Source of the DNA: Yuukianura sp. NJ FZ-2021
Taxonomy: Eukaryota
Direction: 5' to 3'
NCBI GenBank assembly: GCA_046563655.1
Contig: CM102286.1
Location: 2,294,001-2,358,000, forward strand
Length of the DNA: 64,000 nt
Numbering within the stretch: the first letter of the stretch is position 1; each line of letters starts with the position of its first letter. Made by a program: the position numbers and the translations under genes. The notes below the pieces were generated by a model. That model made no database searches. It was not told the DNA's origin and was given only the letters and a program-made list of their open reading frames with translations. Positions 1-12,200 of this stretch are shown piece by piece.

Positions 1-798
1 ATGGATTTGAATTTTTAGCAGGAGAAAGCGATTTGTTTTAATTTTTTTGGCACGATATGATGGATCGATGGGTGAAGAAGATTCCAAGTACATATTCGGC
101 AGAACCAAAGAACCAAAAAAAGCTTCTCTTCAGCTTCAGTAGAAAGATGTGCAGTGAATTAGTAATGATTTCGACAGTACTTTTGTTGTTCATATCTTAA
201 CTTTCTTCACAAGACATAGCTAGAGTCTTTAATAACGTTGTGAAGCAGTGCTGTGAGTTAGCATATAACCTTAAGTTGTGAACATAAAGCTTCTGGTGCA
301 GCGGGAAGATTCAAAATCGGAATGTATTCCTTTGTGACTCTCCTTTCGTCTTTCCTGTTCGTTGGTTGACTGATTCCGACATTTCGCTTGCAGCTACATA
401 CTTTTTGTGTTGTAGAGAGCAAAAAGGCTCCAGCAGAGCAACATATTACGATGTACTGTCCTGTTGAATTCAAAATCTGCAAGCATCATGTTCACAAACG
501 AGGAAAAAATATTTTTGTATAATTTTGTTAGGTTGAACACAAGTTGAAATCATGTTTAGAAATCACAATTTGAGTAGTTTTGTAATTACAGTTTGTAATT
601 AATCGAAGTACAGTATGAGCAAAGTCAAAAATCAGTCAATAGGACCCAGAGGAAAGCTTTTTACGTAGTAGGATGTTTTTAGAAAAAGTTTTTTGAATTG
701 ACGCGGGCGGGTTTTTACTAAAAGTAATGGATTAGAGAAGCGAAACCTGAAACCCCGTTGCATCTGTTCTAATGAACCTCTTTTGTTATGTTTTTCAG

Positions 799-1184
799 GC
801 TGTTACTGCTGTTGCTGCCCAAGTACAAGTACAACATCCTCCTCAACACGGAAAAATTCAAAGGTCACGGTCAAAGGTCACACCAATCAGATCCAACAGG
901 CAGCTCCCGCTCCAGCATTTCAAGGACTGAGTAACTATGGAAACTTGTTCAATGTGATTCAACAGCAACAGCATCAGTTGCTAGGGGTGGAGAATTGTGG
1001 CCCTATTCAGCCCCACGGCGGTTCCCCCATGGATTCCAGCGCCCCACCACTTTTGCACCACCAACAGCAACAGCAGCGGAAGTGGCTCGGCTCTGTTACC
1101 ACGACACTTCTGACTGAAGGCCTCACTAGTTTCGCTGGTGGACCACAACTGGCCAGCACCTTTGGAAAACGCTACCAAGTTTGA
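799..1184 (+). CDS. Probable terminal coding exon of an upstream gene lying outside the window (Cys cluster, poly-Q, C-terminal RYQV)
   Basis: Polypyrimidine acceptor tttttcag ends at 798. The open frame reads GCYCCCCPSTS...QQQQQ...FGKRYQV* to 1184 and has higher GC than its flanks. No family recognised. Confidence 0.4.
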
Positions 1185-4100
1185 ATAACATGGGAATCAT
1201 ATGGACACACACAAATAGCGTATAAGCTATGCTAACTGGACGCACATGAGGGGAGAATCGTTCCAAAAGTTTTGAAATCTTATTTCGAAAATAGAAACTA
1301 CTTTTTGAATGTGCGTTGTTCAAAATAGAACAGAAGCAGAGGAGGAAGAGGGGGAAACGGACTGTAAATAGACTTGAATAAATCGATGATATTTTTTAGG
1401 ATTTTGTGACGTTCGTCGTCACAATTGGTTCCCTGCTGCCACACTACACGCTTCCAGCCTCCTTTCATTCATTTCCTAACTTATTCCAGCGCATACTGTC
1501 CCATTATGTTGCAAAAACTGTTTTCAAAATGCATTTTCAAAAAAAGTTTTTGTTAAAAACAAGAATTTTGTATACACGCTGAAAAATGTGTCCTCTTCAA
1601 TTCTTCGATTGCAATTCTCCGTAATTTACACTTCGAATTAACTGTTTTGTGCTTTGTGTAGTTTATCTGTTAATTTATTTTTAAGTCCAAAATCAACTAA
1701 AATTTGTAGTTTTTGGGGTAAAAATTGTAAAAGTGCCAGCCAATTTTTTGAAAATTCTTTGGAGGAGTAATACATATAAAAATAAGACTGAAATTTTGCT
1801 TAAGTAAGATTCGTGTTACACGAAAATAGAAAAAGAACATGGGTTTCCAGGATGTAACTTTAGGCTGTAATTACTTAACATGGGTTCCTCTGTTAACTTT
1901 TAGCTTGTAATTCACTTTAATTGTTCACAATTTTGTTGTTCAGTTTACATGTAACAATCACTGCCTAGATATTCTACTTTAAACATGGCAAAAGACTTTT
2001 TCTAAACATTATGTTTACAAATATACGTAAAATGCTGACGGAGTAATTTGTTTTTGTTCGGAAATTAATTTTAGTGCAGTACTTCCAAGTTCCTGTAAAA
2101 ATTGTTGAACTAAATTTGATTATAAATTGCATGTAATGAAAACTCATGGTTTTCTGTAACAAATTTTGGGAAAAGTTTCTGCAAATCTTTGGAAAACAAA
2201 TTTATGGTGACCGTTCTACTATTTAATTTTTAGTTTTAACTTTCAATCATGTTAAAAGTATGGTCAAGTCTCAGTTAAAAATATACGCTTATCCCCTTGT
2301 GGTCACTCCTCTGAACTCGGAATTTAGTTGAACAACGCTTCAGATGAACCACTGTTTAACTTAAATGTGTAATTAATTATTTGTATTATAGTAAATATAG
2401 TTTTTGTATATAAAAAGAAAGTAATGTCGTGGGAATCGATCGCCAGTAGGTATCAAAATAGACAAATACCTGACGGAAACATCAGTTTCAAATTGTGATG
2501 AACTATGCAAATATAATATTAAAAGTAAAAAAAAAAACAACCAAAATACATGAGTTATGCTATCATTCATTTCCATTTTTGAACTCTTTAGAGAAAGCAA
2601 AATCCATAAAGTGTTTCCGTGAAAGTTGAAAGTGGATAAGGTGAAAGGTGAAAAAATAAAATATCTGCAGTATTCTCAAGGTTAATTTAATTATTTAAAC
2701 TAACTTAATTATTTATAAATATAAATATAAATATAAATAAAATTTAATTATTTATAATTAACTTTTCTTCCAAATAATTTTTGTAAGCACTACAACGCTT
2801 TGATATGTTGCGCCATCTCAACTTTTTGAACTTGACTCTTCGTTATTGTATGGAGCAGTGGAGCTAAACACAATTCGTAGCGTGGGATGTCGCTTGCATC
2901 ACGGCTCGTGCAGAGTACCGTCAATTCCCGCTTATTGTACACCCATTTTATGTGCGCCCTGAACCGCTAAAATTTTAAATATTTTGTGTCCTTTCATGAT
3001 GAAATATTTTTTATTCACATTTGCTTAATTTTTGAGATTTACTAAATTTTAATCATCAAAACATTATCCAAAATTACTTCGGTTTTTGAAACTAAAATTT
3101 GAAGCCAGCAATACAGCATACATTTTAACTGTTCAGCTCTTACACCATGAGCTGATACCTAATGTTGTGTTGTATGTGGGAGCAATAACTTACACATTTA
3201 ATTAGTAATTTATCATCATATGATGTTAGAAATTAAAGAAGTTTAGTTTTGGGTTGAAGTAAACTTGGGCTTCTCATCTTCTGTAATTGTATCCACCCAT
3301 TGCACCCAGCCGATGGGTACATTTGTAGGCACCAATATGCAAAACAATACGGCAATTTAGCGGCAGCGAAGTAACCTCTGAATTTAATTTGGAAGGTTTC
3401 TTTACTGTTTGAATCAGTGAATGCACTTTCAGTTTCTCGTGCCGAAGCCGAGTTATCTAACTCTCTCTAGGAATAATTAAATCAAGCAATACATACTTCC
3501 AGCATGCATTCCAAAGTTAGCTTTTGGTCGCTAGTTAAACGTTGATTTGAATTGCTGTGGGTACGAATGCACCCATTCAATTTTGTAGCAGTTGTTTTAA
3601 CCCGGCTACATTATCTGGAGATTTATGGTAAATCCAAGCAAAACAGGTTATAGGCCTCTCCTTGTTCCCGTTTCTCACAAAAATAAACATCCTTCCTTGA
3701 TATAAAGACTCGATTGATTGAGTACTACAAACAAAGTGCGTATAAAGTAGTAAGTTGGCATTGGCAATAAATTTCCTTTGTTTAGTGTGTCCTCATTGTT
3801 CTTCTGCTCGGAGTGTCCAATATTAGCAACCATTGCAATCATCGGTAGCTCTACTTCATCGTCCTAACATAATCCACAACAACTTTTAACAGCCAACTTC
3901 CATTATGTAACCTGCTGACTTAACTACGTAACATTTATTATGTATTGACGTACCATATGTACCAAATACCGTAAGTTTAACATATGCTGCTGGGCATATA
4001 TAGTGTTGCCCTCTCACTAAACCACCTAAAAGTAAGTCATATGATAAATGTACCGTACAGTATTACCGTCACCGTATCAGACCATATTAAAGTAAAGTTC

Positions 4101-4751
4101 AAGTTTTTGTCTTTTCAGCAGAAGTCAAAGTATAAGACACGAGTTGGGGACCTTGGAGATTAGAACATCTTGGACCAGGGATTGATAGATAACCGCGAAT
4201 CATTCTGTTATTGGCTAACTGCAGAACGTCAGCATCTAACCATAGGATCATCAATCACGCAAGTCACGTATTTCATGTGAGTTTGTTTACCAATTGTCGC
4301 CCTCGCTCTGGTTTGGCGAGTATCAGACAAAAACAAAAGGCCAAAGGAGGTCAAATGAAAACTGCAGTAGGTTTAGCTTATATGGTATTCCTGTTTGTAA
4401 CATTTTCTTGTTATTCCTGACATGATAATAATAGTGTAAGTCGTCATGCTACTTCATACCAAGTTAACGTCATACTTCATACCAAGTCGTGATATACTAT
4501 ATAAAGGCATAGACGAAACGCGGAAGAGGTCATTCGAAATATTGACGCACGTACTCATTCTCGTAAACCTTGATTCTGTAGTTACTACAATGAACAAAAG
4601 CCCTCAGGTAGTGATGAAGTTTATCAACAAGTACACTGAGGGTATTGAACTCTTAAGGAGGAAAGTTACCAGTTACCTTGGATATCGGGAAACTGCCAGT
4701 AAATTTATACCTAACGAGTACAAGCCTAACGCAAGTATATGCTACAAAACC

Positions 4752-5083
4752 CAGTCTTCGGGGGGTTTTGGGTCAGCTCCCGATCATTTTGGCGTACCCT
4801 GCGCCTCTGCTCCCGATCATTTTGGCATAACCCCGAAACCCCCGTTTCGCTCTCATTCTTCTGATAAGATCAGAAGATTCTGATCTCTGATCTCGGTAGT
4901 TAACATTAGGAACGGGGATCGGGCGCATGAAATGATCGGAAAACAGCCTGCACGCGATGTCGCCGCTGCCGATCCTTGCCAGCTGTGGCGGGAACGGGAA
5001 CGAAATGGCGATCATTTAAATTATGAACAGGATCGGGGAATGCATAGGAATGGGGAACCGTAGTGGATTTCCCAGAACTCTGC
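4752..5083. mobile_element. Degenerate GC-rich MITE-like insertion
   Basis: GC-rich island with an internal duplicated gctcccgatcattttggc and many gatcgg motifs. Flanked by the direct repeat acaaaacc(c) at 4744 and 5084. The ends (cagtcttcggg / cccagaactctg) are only weakly inverted. Confidence 0.45.
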
Positions 5084-6261
5084 ACAAAACCCTACTAACA
5101 TCGTCTAATGTCAAATTATCTAAAGTCTGACGGTACTAAATTTAATCGTGGTTAGAATTTGGAAATAATGGAGAAATGGAAACGTTGGTTAGGCTGCATA
5201 GGTTAAGTATTTTTTTTATAACGTTCTGCCTACCCAATCTCACACCCCCTTCCCTACTCCCCTTACTACTACTTCCCTGCTCTTTTTTTTTGCATTAGAA
5301 CTTCCACTTCGCAATTCACAATTTAGCAATCTGCAGATTCAGCATGGTGGCCTGACTTATTCTGTTAATATAGCATGGTTTGTAGTTAACTCACTCGCAG
5401 TCGTTCTAAGTATTTCAGAGCGAGAACAGTAATAAGTCGGCAGAGTCCGTTAGGTTCAGCGTCAGCCGTTGCTAACTAAAGTCCAGCGACTCTACACTCT
5501 ATTGTGCTGCAATTGCTGGAAATTTTAGTCACTTGAATTTACTGGGTTCTGTGATATGTACAAAGTGTAAAGTGTCCTTCAATTCACTTGAACATTGCGT
5601 TACAAGATAAAAAGTTATCGTCCAAGGTCAGATCACTTCTTAGCAGCACTTTAGCTGTATGATCCGTTTTTTAGGCTACGAAACAGTTAATACTACAGGA
5701 AAAATCCTGGAAGCCCAGTTCCATTCTTACCTAGTGTACTATTTAAGTTGCGGTGATTTACGAAAAACTTATTTAATCAATCTACACCCGTCTCCTGATT
5801 ATCTCTCTCGGGATTGATATCGGCATAACGTAAGTGTCGGAATACCCTATATAATTTATCGTTACGCAAACGCAGTGTGACTAAAATGTTTCCGTTTGGA
5901 TCAAGCCAGTTTTTAGTGAAATATAAACAACCGTCTTGGTTTGATATTTGTTAGAAATTGTTAGTTTGGAAGTTTCAGTGTTAAGTTCCAACTAATTGGA
6001 TGTTTAGCAATTATTGGGAACATCACGGTACACGTATTTCTTATTCTGGAATTGCGTTTCTGGAAAAACTGTAGTTTGGAAATTATCTTTTTAAATACTA
6101 ATTAGTTTTTGTTTTGTATTTTTTTCAGAACGCAAACACCAAATTAACAAGTCCGGAACGTTCCTAAAAAAAGTCCAGTTGGAAACACTTAAACTTCGTT
6201 AGAATTCTAACCACTCCGAATTTCTTTGTTTGACAAGAACTTCAATCAACACACGAGTAAA

Positions 6262-9200
6262 ATGGACAAAGAAGACAATGACAAGAAGCCGAAAAGGTAA
6301 ACAATTGCTTCGAAATGTTAATAGTTTGACCTTTGACATGTACCACATTCGGTTTTTCCATAAATGGAAGTTTTGTGCTAGAATTTAGTAAAACCCCACT
6401 TAAAGTCAGGAGTCAGGATTTAAGTTGAACGTTTTATCAGTTAAACACATAGTCGAGCTTAGGATGGACGGCTTTTGCATTACTTAGCCATCGACTTCAA
6501 TTTGAACTGGGTAGTTTTCATTTCTTTAATGGAGAATCGCCATCGTGAAGTGAGGTTTCTTTTTAGACAGATGCGGTGGTAGATGCTGAATTAATCATCT
6601 TATATTTGCCATTTTGTGCCATTTCGCAGTTCTCCTCAATGTTGTTATTGTTATGTTGCATTTTTGATTGGGACGATTAACAATTGTGATGCTGAAGGTT
6701 TTTCTAACGTAAACAAAAAATAAGTCTCATCTCAAGGTTAAAACGGGCGTCGGCGTGAGTCAGCTCATCATTTATGTTCATCCAAGTGCAATTGAATGTA
6801 ATGTTTTTTGTTGTTGCTAAAAAGCTGTTTTGTTCTTTTGTTTGTCAGCTAATGTCGTCTGCTAAAATTTCCAATTCCGTTCATTGCGTTTTAACTCAAA
6901 GCTTAAAGTTTAAACAAACTTCTCGGGATTTAAAATGCGCTGTTCAGACGTAAATCGGTATTTTTTCGAAACTTTTTTTTCGTCTGGTGTTGTTGTTTAA
7001 AACTACTACGTAACATTTCTACGTACAGACCAATTAAATTGCATTTTTCTGTACCTTATCTTTAATACCATGCTCGTCCGGTTTGAATTTTTAAATAAAA
7101 CGGATGTTTACGTTTAAATTTGCCACACGTTGGATGAATTAGGTTAGGGACCTACGTTGTTATTCTGTAAAATAAAGTTATTCAGTTCAGCAATGATGCT
7201 AGATTAGGTTTCATGGCTTTTGTTTAATGTAGTGAGTGTCACATTTGGTAACTCCGTTGACGTTAGCAGAATAATTTACCAACTTATAACTATACTAGGC
7301 TAGAGCTTGGCAGTGGATACATTGCGGTCGAAACACGAGTAGGAGGCGGCGACACTTGACACCAAAATGTTTGTTGTTTTGAACTTTGAACTGTGAAACT
7401 CCAACATTGAACATCACATTGTTTGGTCGTGTAAACTTTCTATTTGTTCATCGACAATACGACAATCGTCTAACTTTAACAATACTAGTTTTCTCTGGTT
7501 CTGTAGAGTTTCCAAACTTCTACGATTTCCTAAATGACGCACATCAAATCATAACATGAAATTTCTAAAAGTCTTATTTTCTCAAGCTTACTGCAACTTT
7601 GGCTCATCATCAATAATTTACTGCTGTGACCTCGTTAATCCCTAATTTAAGTTAGTCAATGAAATGCAATTAAAGTTAATGGATGGAATCATAATTTATT
7701 TATAATGACAATTCACATTTGGTTACCCTTTTTATCTTACAGCAATGAGATCTTAAAAATGAAATTGATCGGGACATATTCTAAGTTGTTAAATTTTTGA
7801 TGATTAATCGATTGATTAATAATTGAGTTTGTTCGTTTTTTTTATAGTGGAGGGTCCAGAAATAGCGAGAAGCGACGGGAACGGTCGAAAGTAGCCGCAA
7901 GATGTCGTCGCGGAAAAGAGTCGGAAATATTTTCAGACCTTGCTTCCTGTTTACCACTTCCTGAACACCTTAGCAAAGCATTGGACAAGGCTTCAGTTGC
8001 ACGACTAGCCTTGACTCATCTTAAGCTTAATTGCATGATGTCGGAACGTGAGTATTTATTATTCACCACCTTTGACCTTCAAAATGTGCAGCATAAGGAA
8101 AAAAGTCCACATCATCATAATATGTGGTGTTTTTGTTTTCTAGTGTTTGGAAGCTCGTCAGAAGGCTGCGAGGAATCAGAGTTTGATAAATTTCTGAACC
8201 AAGCAATGGGTGGCTTTGTTTTTGTGGTTTCGGCTGATGCAGATCTTGTTTACGTTTCGGAAAGTGTGTCAAAGTGCTTGGGATTGGCACAGGCAAGTAA
8301 ACAATAAATGATTAGAGTTGAAAATATTTGCGTCATAATACCGTACATATGCTAAACCTGTTGACGTGTATGATACTTATCGAATTTTTACTTTGTTATT
8401 GCAGTGTGAAGTAATGGGTCAAAGCATATTCGAATTCACACACCCGTGTGACCATGACGATATTAAGGGGTTAATAGCCCTAAACAAAAGCACTCCCAAG
8501 GATCAACCAATCACACGCTCAGCATTTTTCCGAATGAAGTGTACAATTACGTCTAAAGGAAGAAATGTTCACCTTCGAGCTGCTTCGTACAAGGTAATTT
8601 GCCAGGAAGGTGAATAACCAGGGATGTCAAAAATATTTCAAATATTAAAAATTAAAAATATTTATTTTAGTCTCCATACCCGTAATGTTAACCCTAAATA
8701 ATATTTTAGTTTTTTTTGTTACTAAAAATATTGATTTATTTGCCCATGCCCTTAATGTTAAGTACGTAAATGTTTGGACATTTAAAAAAATTATAATTTT
8801 TTTTGTCAATATTTCGGGGGTTTTTAGCACATATTTTCGACATCCCTGCTCATAATCTATGTGATATCGGGATTACCGTAGCTTTTTTGGCAAAAAGTTT
8901 TTGTTTTTATTTGGAATGACTTGAATGGAATGAAATCTTTTTTCTTGTTTTTTTAGGGCGTTGCTTGTAACGGTCGCCTGTACTGGAACGAGGAGGATCC
9001 AAAGTCACGTTGGTTTGTTGGCATTGGAGAACCACTTTCAGATCCCACCGACGTAAATTTCCCACTGAACAAACAGGCATTTGTGACGCGACACTCGATG
9101 GACATGAAATGCGAAGATGTTGCTGGAAACGTTGAAGAGTTCGTGGGCTATGAACCGGAAGATTTGATTGGGAAATCGTTCTATGATTTCCATCATGCGG

Positions 9201-12200
9201 TTGATGGAGAATTCTTGTCAGGGAGCTTGAAAGCTTGTAAGTAAATGAACTTTAGAAACACATTTTTTGAAACAATTTTTGCATTTTTTTTTGTTTTGGT
9301 TTAGTATACTCAAAGGGGCAAATTCAGACGGACAAATACAGATTTTTGGCGAAAACTGGAGGCTGGGTGTGGTGTATCACACAAGCAACTGTACTCAAAT
9401 CCGAAAATGGATCCAAACCCAATGGCATCATTTGTCTCCACTTCGTTACTAGGTAAAATATATTATGTAATGTATTGGAAACTTTTTATGAAGTTTTAAG
9501 CTATTTCCAATCGTTTTCCAAAAAAAAATTTTTTTTTCGGTGGGATACTTCTGATTTAGAGAGAGCAGCTAACTGTTGCGCAATGAGAGGTTCCACTGTA
9601 TATCAATAACTTAACTCTTTTTGTTTGGTTTTCAGTGGAGTTGAAAACCAAGATGAAATAGTCTCCGTACTTCAATCGAAACCTGCTAATCTGTCCTTGG
9701 AGTCTGTCAACATCCAAACGGAAGCGCTCCAACTTCAAGATATCTTTCCCGGAGCTGGATTTAGCAACCCAACACCCAATACCGCGAAAATATTTGCACC
9801 AAAAACAGAAGATATGGATTCAGGGTTCCTTATGCCCTACGAGGATACGATGATTGGTAATTCAAAGTTTGAAAACTATAAATTGGGAAGGAATGGACCA
9901 AGTTTTTATTAATTTGTGCTTATTTTGAAAATTTCAGTGAGCAAGGAAGAACCGGAGGACTTGACACATTTGGCTCCCACGGCAGGAGAAGATTGTGTCC
10001 CACTCTGCGTTCCACTGCTGGATGATTTGCTTAGATCCTACGAAGAAGCTAACTTGTCCTTCACACAGTTTGGCAATTTCATTGATGTTGATGCACCGGA
10101 AATTCCGTTTTTCACGAATTATGACTCATCACTGCCAAGTAGCGCAGAATCATCATCTTCTGATGCTCCTCCTCTAATTGACCCAGTTTCACCTTCGTCC
10201 TTGTCACCACTTTTTCTGCACACGGATCCACAAATTACTAATGGTCTTGAGGAGCCTACTGTGTCGTATGTTCCATCCCCACCACAAATGTTCGTTTCGC
10301 CTGGTCCAGATAGTAGGCCATTAGTGTCAGATGAATCGCTGCGAGAGTATGGAACGCTGGAAGATGTGTGTTGTCCATGGGACCAAGACCTTGGCGGTCT
10401 CAAAACACCGGAATCTGGAGCAGACGAATCGATTTTGGACGAACTCTCAGAATTTCGAGCTCCGTATATTCCAACAGATAGTGGAGAAAAACTCTGTTCA
10501 GCGGCACCCATATTCAACATTTGGCCAGAACTTGAATTTCTGACGTAAGTTGTGCTGAAAATTATTTTGGATTTTATTCCACCCCATTTGAATTATTAAT
10601 GAAGCATTTTTTTTGGAAACAGGTCACAGAGAATTGAGCTGAATGATGAAGCATGTGTCCCACTGGCTCCACCTGGAATTGGAGGTGGGACGGGAGTAGA
10701 TACTGGCTTCTCAACGTAAGTTGTGTTAAAAGTTATTTTCAATAATTAATTGAACCGCATCGCGGAAAAATCATTAAACAGAAAGTTAAAAAAAGTTGTG
10801 CAGCTGGAAATCAGTACAAATCGTAAAACATGTACTCGTCGCCTTGGGGACGGGCTTTTTTAATACTATTTTCAAATTGTGCAAATTGGAAACAGTGTTA
10901 TCGGAGTAGCGTAAGTGAGTTGTTCTCGTTGAGTGAGACTTTTCATGAAATTAACGTTAGGGAGAAGTGTGAGTATAATAAGTTTCTTCCCTTCGTTTCC
11001 AGAAAAGTAGTGGATCCCTTTTCCGTTTTTTTTTTGAAGCGCTTAGTTTCGCACAGGATAACGCGTTATTTTAATGTATTGAAGAGGAGCAGTGTTGGTG
11101 GACGCTTAAACGTCCAGTGGCTTATTTGCCACTACCACTGGAAGAAATACACCGGAATGGATGAAACTTTTAGTGGACGGAAGAAATCAAGAATTTAGCG
11201 CGAAACTAAAAAAATCAAATTTAAAATTACAAAATAATACCCAATAGAGTTTCATTCATCGTTAAAATTAATTATTTATTCAAAACACATACAAAAACGA
11301 CACTTGCTTCGTTTTTGTACGGTATTTTGAATTTTTCAAGCTTTTTCTATTTAATTAATTCAAGCCCCGCGAGCAAAGCTCTGCCCCTTCGGATTCATTA
11401 ATTTCTTCCACTGGATATCCATCTGTGGACATCCAGTCCACAGATGGATATCCATACCTAACTGAATATCCATCTTCATAATTTTTGCAAAATTTCAAGA
11501 ATTCGAAAAAAAAATTTTTAAACACCATCACACCTTCTAACTTTCTAGCTTTTCACTTTTTGGAGAAAAGTGTATTTGTAAAACTTATGCAGAATTTAAA
11601 AAATTCCAAAATATTGTTTTTTTTTCAAACACCATCACACCTTCTAACTTTCTAGCTTTTCATTTTTTGGAAAAAAGTGTACTTTCAAAACTTATGCAGG
11701 ATTTAAAAAATTCCAAAATATTGTTTTTTTCAAACACGATCACAGCTTCCAACTTTCTAGCTTTTTACTTTTTGGAAAAAAGTGTACTTTCAAAACTTAT
11801 GCAGGATTTAAAAAATTCCAAAATATTGTTTTTTTTTCAAACACCATCACACCTTCTAACTTTCTAGCTTTTCATTTTTTGGAGGGAAGTGTATTTTCAA
11901 AACTTATGCAGAATTTCAAAAATTCCAACGTGTGGTTTTTTTTATCAAACACGATCACACCTTCCAACTTTCTAGCTTTTTACTTTTTGGAAAAAATTGT
12001 ATTTTCATAATTTATGCAGAATTTCAAAAATTCCAAAATTATTTCAAAAATTCCATGTATACATGATTTTGCGCATGCGCAACTCAACCCGCGCCGAACA
12101 AATCAAAAATATTAGATTTTGAGAATAAACAAAGGGTCTTGTGTTTTTAGACACACATTAAATTAAATCCAAGGCTTCTGTTCAAATCTACGGGTGACAG

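Noticed and set aside
1..500. Possible degenerate TE or coding relic on the minus strand
   Set aside because: Stops occur in all frames and there is no motif I can identify. It needs a BLASTX/Dfam search.
2910..3610. Possible old DNA-transposon remnant (taccgtcaattcccg start, recurring gcacccat/tgggtac motifs)
   Set aside because: No matching second TIR or TSD could be found.
4446..5015. ORFs of 145 aa (+) and 80 aa (-)
   Set aside because: They span the edge of a MITE-like insertion, and the repeated SAPDHFG peptide comes from its internal duplication. No recognisable domain.
11667..11867. 66-aa ORF with an internal repeat
   Set aside because: It is a translation of the 107-bp tandem repeat inside an intronic TE.
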